Positions 9,425 to 18,386 of a DNA stretch of 64,000 bases are shown one piece after another. Where the stretch lies: assembly GCA_007375535.1 (NCBI GenBank), contig VMEM01000002.1, forward strand, positions 20,265-84,264, read 5' to 3'. How positions within the stretch are numbered: the stretch's first letter is position 1; every line of letters starts with the position of its first letter. The stretch comes from Parcubacteria group bacterium LiPW_41 (GTDB taxonomy: Bacteria > Patescibacteriota > Minisyncoccia > UBA6257 > GWB1-50-10). Made by a program: the position numbers and the translations under genes. Below the pieces are notes generated by a model. That model saw only the letters and a list, made by a program, of their open reading frames with translations. It had not been told where the DNA came from and made no database searches.

Positions 9425-10902
9425 ACCTTTTTCCTCACAAACGGTCCAATCGGGGTGTCTTCTATACTGTATCCTAATGTATCTATTTGTTTTCTCAAGG
9501 TGTCGGCGGGGGTAAACTGTTTATTACTCCTGCATAACTCACGTTTCTCTACTATTTTTGTTATTGATGATGGAATTTTCTCTTCTTCTATCTCAATTCC
9601 TAGTATTTTTAGGCTTGTTTTGATTGTCTTTTTTGCGCGGCGAGCGGTTGCTGGGGAGAGTTTCCAGGTGATTGAACGAATAGAATTTGTGTACTTAAAC
9701 AATGCCGCAATGGCTTCCGGAGTGTTAAGGTCGTCGTTCATTGCTTCTTCAAATTCTTTTTTTAGTATATCTTCAATATTTTTAACAGATTTATCTGTCT
9801 CTTTATTTATTTTTATTTTTTTATTTTCTATAAAAGAAAGAGCGTCGAGGAGACTAGTAAAGGTGTCAATTGCGGTATACGCCTGAGTGATAAGTGAGTC
9901 ACTCCATTGAATTGGAGATCGATAGTGGTGTGAAGTGATTATAAAACGAAGTATATTTTTTGAATGAATATGAAGAAAGTCTTTAATTGTGAAAAAGTTT
10001 CCTAAACTTTTTGACATTTTTTCTCCATTTATTCGCAACGATCCTGTATGAAGCCAAATTTTAACAAACGGGATTTTTCCTGATGCTGATTCTTGTTGTG
10101 CAATTTCTGCTTCGTGATGTGGAAATTTCAAATCTCCACCTCCTCCGTGGATATCATACTGCGGTCCAAACCATCGTTCTGTTATTGCAGTGTCTTCGAT
10201 GTGCCATCCTGGACGGCCCCATCCCAATTTTGTATTCCATGCTGGTTCGCCATTTACGATGACGAATTTTTTCTTCTTGTCTTTTTCTTCTACTTTCACT
10301 TCCTTCCAAAGAGCAAAATCTCCTTTGTTTCTCTTTTCTATTTGTTCATCAATTCGTGTAACTGCATCTTCTGCTTGGGTTATAGTTCTTCGAGAAAGTT
10401 TTCCGTATTCTTTAAATGTTGTTATATCAAAATAGTATCCCTGACCACTAATGTAGTATGCATTTCCTTTTGTTATTAGCGTCTGTATTTGATTTTCTAT
10501 CTCCTTTATATGGTCGGTTGCTCGGGCGTATCGATTTACTGATATGCACCCAATCGCCTTCATATCATTTTTATAGAGTGATTCAAATTTCCATGCATAA
10601 CGAAGTGGATTCTCATCGTGCATTCTTGCGCGGTCAATAATTTTATCATCTACATCAGTGATGTTTTGCAAATAAACCATTTTCCATTTCTTTGAACGAA
10701 TGAACCGTGCAAAAACATCAAACGCAATATATGTTCGAGCGTGTCCAATATGTGAGTAATCAAACACGGTTGGTCCACAAACAAAAAAATGCAATGGATT
10801 TTTTTGCGAATATAGAACTTCTTCTTTTTGTCCCGAAAGTGAATTTAAAAGTCTCATTGCGTATATGAGAGCATTATATAGTGAGTAGGCAACAACGTAC
10901 AA
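9409..10902 (-). CDS. cysS: cysteine--tRNA ligase
   Basis: Class I HIGH motif (HIGHARTY) and KMSKS motif (KMSKSLGN). Confidence 0.9.
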   Translation of the reverse strand: MYVVAYSLYNALIYAMRLLNSLSGQKEEVLYSQKNPLHFFVCGPTVFDYSHIGHARTYIAFDVFARFIRSKKWKMVYLQNITDVDDKIIDRARMHDENPLRYAWKFESLYKNDMKAIGCISVNRYARATDHIKEIENQIQTLITKGNAYYISGQGYYFDITTFKEYGKLSRRTITQAEDAVTRIDEQIEKRNKGDFALWKEVKVEEKDKKKKFVIVNGEPAWNTKLGWGRPGWHIEDTAITERWFGPQYDIHGGGGDLKFPHHEAEIAQQESASGKIPFVKIWLHTGSLRINGEKMSKSLGNFFTIKDFLHIHSKNILRFIITSHHYRSPIQWSDSLITQAYTAIDTFTSLLDALSFIENKKIKINKETDKSVKNIEDILKKEFEEAMNDDLNTPEAIAALFKYTNSIRSITWKLSPATARRAKKTIKTSLKILGIEIEEEKIPSSITKIVEKRELCRSNKQFTPADTLRKQIDTLGYSIEDTPIGPFVRKKVCIKL

Positions 10903-10962
10903 CTTGAAAATACTTGAAAGTTGTCATCTTATAGGGTTTTTAGTTGTTGATATAGCGTGCTT

Positions 10963-11928
10963 TTATTTACTCCAATTCAATATTACATCGTCAATACGAG
11001 GGGTATCTGTTTGAATGAGATTGCTTCTCATGCGAACACGGTATCTGATATATCGCATATTTTTTACTTGTGCAGGATCAATACAAATTGGGGTGTTGTT
11101 TGGGGCATTCCCACCCGCATTTATTCCTCCTTTAAAGCTGGACTCACAAGATGCGCTATAATAGTCAGCACTCGTTCCTGATGGTCCGATAAAATTCCAT
11201 GGTCCAGATGAGCTGTTTGACACCGCAATCTGAAAATCTACATATGTTTGTTGTCCTGTGCTGTTAGCATTATTTGTTCCTTTCCATGTGATACTGTTGA
11301 GTGTTGCTCCTCCTACTGATTGGGTGTCAATTACTGCTGAATCAAGAAGCGCGATGGTTGAGGTTGAGCGCCAAGAAGTGTTCACTTTATATGAATTTGG
11401 TGAGCATGATGATCCAACATTTCCACAATTAAAACTGACCCATCCTCCAATATCACTCCATGCATATCCCTTAAAGTCACCATTGGTGTCTATTGTGACA
11501 CCCCAGTCACTCGTACACGTTACTCCATCAGTATTGTGACAACTTATACTTATCCACCCCAAAACGTCATTCCATGCATATCCTACGAGATCTCCTGTTG
11601 CGGTTGCCCCATTACATGCACCACTTGCATCTTTTGTTGATCCAATCCCATTACATATTCCGTACTGAGATATATTGCAAATATTTCCTGATGGTGTACT
11701 TCCGCAATCAAATGAAATTTCACCAATTGTAGAAGATGCATATCCTGTAATCTTTGATCCTTGAACCTCAACGGTATTATTGGAGTATAAATCCCACCAT
11801 CCTGAAATATCGTTCCATGCAAAATATTCTCCAGCAGTGGAGCTAATGTTTGTTGCTGCGTTCGTTATATACCCAAGAAAACTTCCAATAAAGAGTATAC
11901 AAACAAAAAAAACTGAAACACGGACCAT
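10963..11928 (-). CDS. secreted Gly/Trp-rich repeat protein (hypothetical)
   Basis: Signal peptide (MVRVSVFFVCILFIGSFLG). At least four copies of a ~35-40 aa repeat carry the core G[YF]AW[NS]D[IV]xGW[IVW]S[IF]xC and conserved Cys. Confidence 0.4.
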   Translation of the reverse strand: MVRVSVFFVCILFIGSFLGYITNAATNISSTAGEYFAWNDISGWWDLYSNNTVEVQGSKITGYASSTIGEISFDCGSTPSGNICNISQYGICNGIGSTKDASGACNGATATGDLVGYAWNDVLGWISISCHNTDGVTCTSDWGVTIDTNGDFKGYAWSDIGGWVSFNCGNVGSSCSPNSYKVNTSWRSTSTIALLDSAVIDTQSVGGATLNSITWKGTNNANSTGQQTYVDFQIAVSNSSSGPWNFIGPSGTSADYYSASCESSFKGGINAGGNAPNNTPICIDPAQVKNMRYIRYRVRMRSNLIQTDTPRIDDVILNWSK

Positions 11929-11989
11929 ATAGTTATTATATATTACCTTTTTAATTATTGCGTGGTGCGATACTATATATAGGATACTT

Positions 11990-13183
11990 ATGGTAATTGA
12001 GAAAAGTCATCATTTTCATTTTCGATTATTTGATACGCGTGAGCTTGGCGCTCTCTCGCTTATGCTTGCAATTGTGTATTTTGGCGAAGGGTTAGTTTCT
12101 ATTTTTATTCCTGTTTATTTTTGGAATCTTGGATTTCCAATTTGGAAGATATTGGGGTTTTATTTCCTTAACGCAATTTATTTTATTTTATTTACAATTG
12201 TTCTTTTGCCATTAATGAAAAGAATGAGTGACAAAATGATGATTGCAATAAGTGTTCCGTTTCTTATTGGTTATTTCTTGTTTTTAAATGGTATTGAACA
12301 ATTTAGTAGTTTTTTTTGGATCGCTCCTATTTTTCTTGCTATACATATGTTGTTTTTAAATGTCGGATATAATCTTGATTTTTCTTGTGCAACCCAAAAA
12401 GGGAGAGAGGGGCACGACGTAGGTATCCGATATTTGACTGGTTCTCTTTCCCAATTTCTTTCCCCTTTGTTTGGTGGTGTGCTTATTGCTTCGTTTGGTT
12501 TTCATACATCATTTATTGTTGCTGTGATTATCTTCTTTTTCTCAATTATTCCTCTCTTTTTTGTTCAAAAGAGAAAAATAGCAAATCATCTTAGTATTTT
12601 GGAATTGGTGCGCTCACTTTCAAGTGATAACAAAAATTTTAATATTTCTTCAATTGGATATGCATCTGAAATAATGATAGGGAGAGTTCTTTGGCCAATA
12701 TTTATTTTTTTGATGGTGCAGAGTACTGAGGAACTCGGAGGTATGGTTTCCATTGGATTATTGTTTGGTGCTCTCGTTACTTACTTATCTGGGTTCTTCT
12801 TTGATAAAGGAAAGGTGAAACTTCTTCTTATTGGATCTGCTGGATTGTATTCAATAATGTGGTTTGTTCGAATGTTTATACGGGGAGCGGGTGCAATTTT
12901 TGGAAGTCACATCGTTGGAAATGCAATTAATTCGGGGCTCATGGTTACTTGGGTGTCTGAATACTATGCACGCGCTCATGCTTCGGAGAATCCAAGTATG
13001 TTCATTTTGAGTAGAGAGATTTTATATCAAATAACAAGGGTCTTTTTCCTCCCGTTACTTATGGCTCTTTCTTTGTTTATTCCGTTAGAATTCTTCTTCC
13101 CAATCTGTTTTGCAATTGCTGGACTTTTTACAACATTCTTTGCATTTGCAACAAAAAAAGAGTCATTGCGAACAAGTAATTAA
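11990..13183 (+). CDS. polytopic membrane protein, probable MFS-type transporter
   Basis: About 10-12 predicted TM helices with a two-fold internal symmetry. There is no strong motif match, so this is a hypothetical transporter. Confidence 0.45.
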   Translation: MVIEKSHHFHFRLFDTRELGALSLMLAIVYFGEGLVSIFIPVYFWNLGFPIWKILGFYFLNAIYFILFTIVLLPLMKRMSDKMMIAISVPFLIGYFLFLNGIEQFSSFFWIAPIFLAIHMLFLNVGYNLDFSCATQKGREGHDVGIRYLTGSLSQFLSPLFGGVLIASFGFHTSFIVAVIIFFFSIIPLFFVQKRKIANHLSILELVRSLSSDNKNFNISSIGYASEIMIGRVLWPIFIFLMVQSTEELGGMVSIGLLFGALVTYLSGFFFDKGKVKLLLIGSAGLYSIMWFVRMFIRGAGAIFGSHIVGNAINSGLMVTWVSEYYARAHASENPSMFILSREILYQITRVFFLPLLMALSLFIPLEFFFPICFAIAGLFTTFFAFATKKESLRTSN

Positions 13184-13188
13184 TAATT

Positions 13189-14454
13189 ATGGAATTGATA
13201 CCAAAGACTGAACACATTTTTTCTGTTTCGGAATATATTGAGTTTCTTAATGAATATTTAAAACCAACAGAAAACATCATTCAGGGAGAAGTTGGAGAAA
13301 AGATTAGTAAATATCCGAATTTTACCTTTTTTAATCTTATTGATACAAAAGACAAAACCTCGATTCAGTGTTTTGTTGTTTCACATGTGTTGCGTTCTTT
13401 GGGGGGTGAGTTGTCTCCCGGTATGGAGATTCGAGTTGAGGGGAGAGCCTCCATATTTAAAAAAAACGGAGGGTTAAACATTCAGGTTTCTCGAATAATT
13501 CCTGTTGGAGAGGGGGCATTAAAACAGCAGTTTGAAATTCTTTTTAAAAAGCTTCGCACTGAGGGATACTTTGAAGTTGAAAGAAAGAAAAAGATTCCAA
13601 GATTTGTAAGTAATATTGGACTTATTACTTCAAAGGTGGGAAGAGGAGCAAAAAAAGACTTTGAAACGAATTTAGGTAAATTTGATTTTAAAATTGTTTT
13701 TTTCCCTTCGAAGGTTGAGGGTGCTTTTGCGGTAAAGGAGCTCGTTAATGGGATCGAGTTTTTAAATAGAGAATATCCCATGCTTCAAGTAATTGTTATT
13801 ACGCGTGGCGGTGGGAGTTGGGAGAGTTTGCAAGCATTTAATTCTGAGGAGCTTGTGAAAGCGATTGCGGCGTCGAGTATCCCTGTTATTTGTGCTGTTG
13901 GGCATGAGGATGATGTAACCCTTGCAGATTATGTTGCCGATATTCGTGTATCTACTCCAACACATGCTGCAAAATTGCTTTCAGACCCCTGGGCTCGTGC
14001 TGAGGAAAATATAATACACACACAAAACTTTTTGAATTCTCAAATGGGGAGAAGAATACAGATTATAGAAACTCTATTTTCGAGGTTTGAAAAAGATGTT
14101 CCAACAAAAATGAGAGAACAGATTCTTTTTTTGTTTAATTCATTTACTCGTCCTTTGATGTATGCGTCTGGAAAAATGCAAGGAATGCGAGAACAGATCG
14201 ATCACTTGTATTCGATACTTTCAATGAAAATAGGGGACTCTATTTCTCGTATAAATATTCGAATTAATTCATATGAGAAAACAATGGCGCTTACAAGTCC
14301 GGAACTAAAACTACGTCAGGGATATTCAATTACGCGTGATGGACTTGGAAATGTAATTAAAGATATTGGAAAGTTAAAAAAAGGAGATACAATTAATACA
14401 CAGTTTTCAAAAGGGTCGATTGATGCGTCGATAAAAGAAATAAAAAATGACTGA
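13189..14454 (+). CDS. xseA: exodeoxyribonuclease VII large subunit
   Basis: N-terminal OB fold, then the catalytic block VITRGGGSWESLQAFNSEELVKAIAASSIPVICAVGHEDDVTLADYVADIRVSTPTHAA. Confidence 0.85.
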   Translation: MELIPKTEHIFSVSEYIEFLNEYLKPTENIIQGEVGEKISKYPNFTFFNLIDTKDKTSIQCFVVSHVLRSLGGELSPGMEIRVEGRASIFKKNGGLNIQVSRIIPVGEGALKQQFEILFKKLRTEGYFEVERKKKIPRFVSNIGLITSKVGRGAKKDFETNLGKFDFKIVFFPSKVEGAFAVKELVNGIEFLNREYPMLQVIVITRGGGSWESLQAFNSEELVKAIAASSIPVICAVGHEDDVTLADYVADIRVSTPTHAAKLLSDPWARAEENIIHTQNFLNSQMGRRIQIIETLFSRFEKDVPTKMREQILFLFNSFTRPLMYASGKMQGMREQIDHLYSILSMKIGDSISRINIRINSYEKTMALTSPELKLRQGYSITRDGLGNVIKDIGKLKKGDTINTQFSKGSIDASIKEIKND

Positions 14455-14650
14455 AAAAAAATTTAGTTTTGGAGAAGCATATAAAGAGATTGAGGAGATT
14501 GGGGAATGGTTTCAAAAGGATACTATAGATCTTGATGAAGCAATAAAGAAGTATGAGCGTGGACTTATTCTTATTGCAAAGTGTAAGGAGCGTCTCAAAG
14601 AGACTGAAAACAAACTCAAGGAAATACAGACAAAATATAGCGAAGAGTAG
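14447..14650 (+). CDS. xseB: exodeoxyribonuclease VII small subunit
   Basis: A 67 aa helical protein that overlaps the xseA stop (ATGA). The FGEAYKEIEEI...LDEAIKKYERG pattern matches XseB. Confidence 0.75.
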   Translation: MTEKKFSFGEAYKEIEEIGEWFQKDTIDLDEAIKKYERGLILIAKCKERLKETENKLKEIQTKYSEE

Positions 14651-14676
14651 TGTTTTGTCTTGTTTTAAAAAATCGT

Positions 14677-14705
14677 TTGCTTGTTTTTATGCTTTGTTGT
14701 ATAAT
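14677..14705 (+). promoter_or_regulatory. sigma70-like promoter (TTGCTT, 17 nt spacer, TG-extended TATAAT) driving a long leader
   Basis: ttgctt gtttttatgctttgttg tataat; the TG-extended -10 sits at about 14700-14705. Confidence 0.55.
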
Positions 14706-15021
14706 GCAATTAAAGGTTGAGCCACTAAATCACATTTACCTTTATGCATTACATATGTAATGGCGAATGCGGAGAAATCCGTACCGAAGAGGGTGTCTGT
14801 GAAGAACAGGATTGCTCGCTCTATGGAGAGGAACTCATTCCTTGCAATTGCAAAGATGGGACTCATACTCTAGAAAGTGGCATCTAGGTTGTTCGCCTTT
14901 AAAAGAAGTAGGTTCTCAATTGTGTTTCATACGGTGCGTTGGTCAAGTAGGATTTGGGCGCGCATTACGAGGACCAAGCGAGTGGTCGCCCTACTTTATG
15001 TATTATGTACATAACGCACAA
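14706..15021 (+). ncRNA. candidate structured 5' leader / cis-regulatory RNA upstream of the RRM protein gene
   Basis: About 310 nt between the promoter and the ATG, markedly more GC-rich than the surrounding DNA. It contains several stable hairpins, including cattac-tat-gtaatg, cgga-GAAA-tccg, and a long interrupted stem gtagg/tgggcg...cgccc/tac enclosing acca-agcgag-tggt. No SD precedes the ATG. Confidence 0.4.
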
Positions 15022-15321
15022 ATGAGATTGTATATAGGAGGTTTGCCGTACGCAACAACTGATGCTGAACTTCGCGAAGCTTTCGAGAAGGCAGGAGCAG
15101 TTACCAGTGCAACGGTAATGCGCGATAAGTTCACAGGACGATCCCGAGGGTTCGGTTTTGTTGAAATGAGCGAAGAGGACGGACCTAAAGCGATTGAAAT
15201 GTGGAACGATAAGGACTTCGGTGGACGTACACTTCAAGTAAATGAAGCACGCCCAATGAGTGAACAGCGTCCTCCACGTCATGACTTTCAGCGCCGTGAC
15301 TTCCATCGTCGAGACTACTAA
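15022..15321 (+). CDS. RNA-binding protein with a single RRM domain and an R/D-rich tail
   Basis: RNP2 (LYIGGL) and RNP1 (RGFGFVEM). The N-terminal 70 codons of the six-frame ORF call are rejected as untranslated leader. Confidence 0.8.
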   Translation: MRLYIGGLPYATTDAELREAFEKAGAVTSATVMRDKFTGRSRGFGFVEMSEEDGPKAIEMWNDKDFGGRTLQVNEARPMSEQRPPRHDFQRRDFHRRDY

Positions 15322-15343
15322 TTAGTTATTAGTTACGATTATG

Positions 15344-15378
15344 GATCCCCATCTGTTTAACAGGTGGGGATTTTTATT
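15344..15378 (+). terminator. rho-independent terminator
   Basis: gatccccatctg-ttta-acaggtgggga followed by a T-run. Confidence 0.6.
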
Positions 15379-15400
15379 TTTTATTCTATAATTCAGGTAT

Positions 15401-16174
15401 ATGGGAGTATATTACAATCCAAAACGAACGAGGAATATATTTAATCCAGATTCAAAAGAACCATTTCAATTAAGTAGATCAAAAATTGATAATTTTTTAA
15501 AATGTCCGCGGTGTTTTTATATAGATCGGAGATGTGGTGTGGGACAACCGCCATCATTTCCATTTAATTTAAATAGTGCAGTAGATACATTATTAAAAAA
15601 AGAATTTGATACTCATCGAGCACGCAATAAAATTCATCCACTTATGGAGGCATACAAAATCGACGCTGTTCCATTTGATCATCCAAAAATGGATGAGTGG
15701 CGCGATGCGTTGCGACGAGGAATGAAATATTTTTATGAGCCAGCGAACCTGATTATTCAAGGGGCAGTCGATGATGTGTGGAAAAATAATAAAACAGGAG
15801 AATTAATAATTGTTGATTACAAAGCAACTGCAAAGGAAGGAGAGGTATCCTTAGACGCCGATTGGCAAATCGGGTACAAGCGACAAATGGAACTTTATCA
15901 GTGGTTGTTTCGGAAGAATAATTTTTCCGTACAGGATATCGGATATTTTGTATATTGTAATGGAAAGACAGATCGATTCGCATTTGATGGGAAATTAGAG
16001 TTTGATGTGTCTCTTTTACCATATGAAGGAAGGACAGAATGGGTTGAACCAACTCTCATGTCTATCCAAAAATGTCTTATGAGTGATTCACTTCCAGATT
16101 CTGCTGAGGATTGTGATTTTTGTCTATATCGAGATGCTGTGTCTAAAATTGAAGGGAATAATAAAAATGTGTAA
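15401..16174 (+). CDS. PD-(D/E)XK nuclease, Cas4/RecB-like, with Cys clusters
   Basis: Nuclease core IIVDYKATAKEG...QIGYKRQMELYQWLF (D...EXK-like motif). N-terminal Cys cluster CPRCFYIDRRC and C-terminal CDFC. No CRISPR array or other cas genes are present. Confidence 0.55.
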   Translation: MGVYYNPKRTRNIFNPDSKEPFQLSRSKIDNFLKCPRCFYIDRRCGVGQPPSFPFNLNSAVDTLLKKEFDTHRARNKIHPLMEAYKIDAVPFDHPKMDEWRDALRRGMKYFYEPANLIIQGAVDDVWKNNKTGELIIVDYKATAKEGEVSLDADWQIGYKRQMELYQWLFRKNNFSVQDIGYFVYCNGKTDRFAFDGKLEFDVSLLPYEGRTEWVEPTLMSIQKCLMSDSLPDSAEDCDFCLYRDAVSKIEGNNKNV

Positions 16175-16184
16175 TAATTAAATT

Positions 16185-16460
16185 ATGAACCAATTAGTAC
16201 AAGCAACAGAGCAATTTGATTCTTGGTTAAAAGCAAATCCAGTGCTTGCGGGTATTTTTCTTGTGTGGGTGATGACGTGGAAGGGTTTGGCGTTGTGGAA
16301 GGCAGCAAAGAAAAACCAAATTCCTTGGTTTGTTGCAATTCTAATTATAAATATTGGAGGAATTTTAGAAATTTTGTATTTCTTTATTTTTTCAGAAAAG
16401 AAATTTGGAAAGAAAAAAGAAATTTTTAACGAAGAGAATAAAAAAATTGATTCTCAATAA
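16185..16460 (+). CDS. small membrane protein (hypothetical)
   Basis: 91 aa with two predicted TM helices and a K/E-rich tail. Confidence 0.35.
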   Translation: MNQLVQATEQFDSWLKANPVLAGIFLVWVMTWKGLALWKAAKKNQIPWFVAILIINIGGILEILYFFIFSEKKFGKKKEIFNEENKKIDSQ

Positions 16461-16611
16461 GTTTTCCACAGTTTTTATTTTATTAAAGCGTGTATACTAA
16501 ATGTATATAACGATAATTTCAATTTCCGGAATTTGAGATTATCAGTCGCGCAACGCGCAACGCGCTCATAAATAAAAAGGTCGGCGCATTAAAACTTAAA
16601 AACTTAATAAT

Positions 16612-16701
16612 ATGGCAGCAAAGAAAAAAGTTGCAAAGAAAGTAGTAAAGAAGGCAGCACCAAAAAAGACAGTAAAGAAAGTTGCAAAGAAAAAGAAATA
16701 A
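16612..16701 (+). CDS. 29-aa lysine/alanine-rich basic peptide (hypothetical; histone-H1-like composition)
   Basis: MAAKKKVAKKVVKKAAPKKTVKKVAKKKK. A strong intrinsic terminator (16711-16738) follows immediately. The ORF is too short for the six-frame track. Confidence 0.35.
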   Translation: MAAKKKVAKKVVKKAAPKKTVKKVAKKKK

Positions 16702-16710
16702 CCTTCTTTA

Positions 16711-16738
16711 AAACCCCATCAATCTGATGGGGTTTTTT
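16711..16738 (+). terminator. rho-independent terminator
   Basis: aaaccccatc-aatct-gatggggttttttt. Confidence 0.7.
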
Positions 16739-16826
16739 GATAGAATTTTATGTTATTACAATGATTATAATCTTATATTGTGTCAATGTTGCGGTGGAAT
16801 AATTGTGTGTGGTACATTCAGCGTAT

Positions 16827-17330
16827 ATGAAGGAAGAAAATAATAAGAACGAATCAGGCAGTAAGAGGGTCGTGCTTACGGCAGTTGTATTTTTTCTTAT
16901 AGGATTTGGGGCAGCATGGATGTTTGCAAAACCAGCAGAAGCTCCAACAAGCGAGGTGAAAGATGAGGTAGTTGAAACAAAGATACCATCAATGGGTAGT
17001 AATGCTATCGAGGTAGACGATCAAAAGATAGGAATGACTGTATCACTCAAATCAGTAAAATTTGAAAGTGCTGGATGGGTAGCGATTCACGATGATAATG
17101 GTGGGACTCCAGGAAATATACTTGGTGCTGCATGGTTTCCAAGTGGAGAAAATTCTGGGGCGGTAGAATTGCTTCGAAGTACTGAGTCTGGAAAAACATA
17201 TTTTGCAATGCTCCACAATGATGATGGAGATAAGAAATTTGATCATAAAATCGATGTTCCACTTACTGATGCTTCTAGCACCATTATTATGGTGAAGTTT
17301 ATGGCGTCGGATACCCCAGCAGTTCAGTAA
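16827..17330 (+). CDS. membrane-anchored extracytoplasmic protein (hypothetical)
   Basis: Start moved to MKEENNK. One TM helix followed by a soluble domain with GW/Asp-rich motifs. Confidence 0.4.
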   Translation: MKEENNKNESGSKRVVLTAVVFFLIGFGAAWMFAKPAEAPTSEVKDEVVETKIPSMGSNAIEVDDQKIGMTVSLKSVKFESAGWVAIHDDNGGTPGNILGAAWFPSGENSGAVELLRSTESGKTYFAMLHNDDGDKKFDHKIDVPLTDASSTIIMVKFMASDTPAVQ

Positions 17331-17340
17331 TATCTTTTAC

Positions 17341-17366
17341 AAAACCGCCTCGAAGTGCGGTTTTGT
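17341..17366 (+). terminator. rho-independent terminator
   Basis: aaaaccgc-ctcgaagt-gcggtttt. It overlaps the six-frame ORF start at 17355, so the glycosylase start is placed at the Met at 17376. Confidence 0.55.
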
Positions 17367-17375
17367 AATATACGA

Positions 17376-18188
17376 ATGAATACAAAAAAATTCAAAAAAG
17401 AAATATGGGAATATTATGAGAGCCATGGACGAAAGCTTCCATGGAGAAGCATATATGATCCATACAAGATATTTGTTTCTGAAATTATGCTTCAACAGAC
17501 GCAGGTTGCTCGTGTATTAAAAAAATATCCCGAATTTATAAAAAAATTTCCTTCATTTCAGTCGCTTGCGAGCGCGAAACTTTCTGATGTGTTTTTGGTT
17601 TGGCAGGGGATGGGGTATAACCGCAGAGCAAAATTTATGAAGCATACTGCGGAAATAATTGTAAAAGATTTTGGTGGTATTGTGCCACGTGATCAAAGGA
17701 TACTTAAAACACTTCCAGGAATAGGGGCGGGAACCGCTGGATCGCTTCTCGCATTTATATATAATGAGCCGGTTTGTTTTGTCGAGACGAATATTCGCAG
17801 AGTCATGATTCATTTTTTCTTTAAAGAAGAGGCTGATATTGAGGAAAAAGATATATTAAAAAAAGTTCAAGAAACAATTGATACCTCAAACCCACGTGAG
17901 TGGTATTATGCGCTTATGGATTATGGTTCAATGTTGCCGAAACAAGGGAAAATAAATGTAAATAAAAAAAGTAAGATTTATAAAAAACAAACACCGTTTG
18001 TTGGATCAAGGCGACAATTACGAGGGCGTGTTATAAAATTTTTATTAGATAAAAAAAGTGGAAGTTCATCAGAAATTATGCGTGTGTATGGAGCCCAAAA
18101 AAATGAGATTGATGAAGTTCTTGTTTCACTCGCTAAGGAGGGGATCATTAAAAAGAAAGGAAGGTTCTATTCTATTCCTGAGGAATAG
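17376..18188 (+). CDS. HhH-GPD family DNA glycosylase, MutY/EndoIII-like
   Basis: IWEYYESHGRKLPWR...YKIFVSEIMLQQTQVARV matches the MutY N-terminus. I did not find the 4-Cys FeS loop, so this may be a cluster-less variant. There is a C-terminal winged-helix-like region. Confidence 0.6.
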   Translation: MNTKKFKKEIWEYYESHGRKLPWRSIYDPYKIFVSEIMLQQTQVARVLKKYPEFIKKFPSFQSLASAKLSDVFLVWQGMGYNRRAKFMKHTAEIIVKDFGGIVPRDQRILKTLPGIGAGTAGSLLAFIYNEPVCFVETNIRRVMIHFFFKEEADIEEKDILKKVQETIDTSNPREWYYALMDYGSMLPKQGKINVNKKSKIYKKQTPFVGSRRQLRGRVIKFLLDKKSGSSSEIMRVYGAQKNEIDEVLVSLAKEGIIKKKGRFYSIPEE

Positions 18189-18337
18189 CTATAACACACA
18201 AGAAATCCACAGGGGGTATTGCGGAGAATCTCCAATTTGCTATTATATTATAGAAATCAAGTTTTCCTTGTGAGGAGGACAAACTGGTTCCACAAAAGCT
18301 CTCGCATTCCTGCGGGGCTTTTTCTTTATAAGAAAGC

Positions 18338-18367
18338 TTGACTTTAATACCTACTTCCGTTTAGAAT
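18338..18367 (+). promoter_or_regulatory. sigma70-like promoter for the tRNA pair
   Basis: ttgact, spacer of 17-18 nt, then tagaat, about 20 nt upstream of tRNA-Lys. Confidence 0.45.
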
Positions 18368-18386
18368 CGTTAAGTTCTTAAACAAT

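Noticed and set aside
14812-15021. N-terminal 70-codon extension of the RRM protein ORF in the six-frame track
   Set aside because: RRM proteins start directly at the RNP2 motif (MRLYIGGL). The extension is just an open frame through GC-rich structured leader RNA, with no coding periodicity or homology.
14650-15021. RNase P RNA, tmRNA or SRP RNA hidden in the GC-rich intergenic region
   Set aside because: Searching by eye found no P4 consensus (GGAAAGUCCGG / ACAGAACCCGGCUUA), no tmRNA tRNA-like ends or tag ORF, and no SRP domain-IV GGAAGCAGCC motif. It is kept only as an unclassified structured leader.
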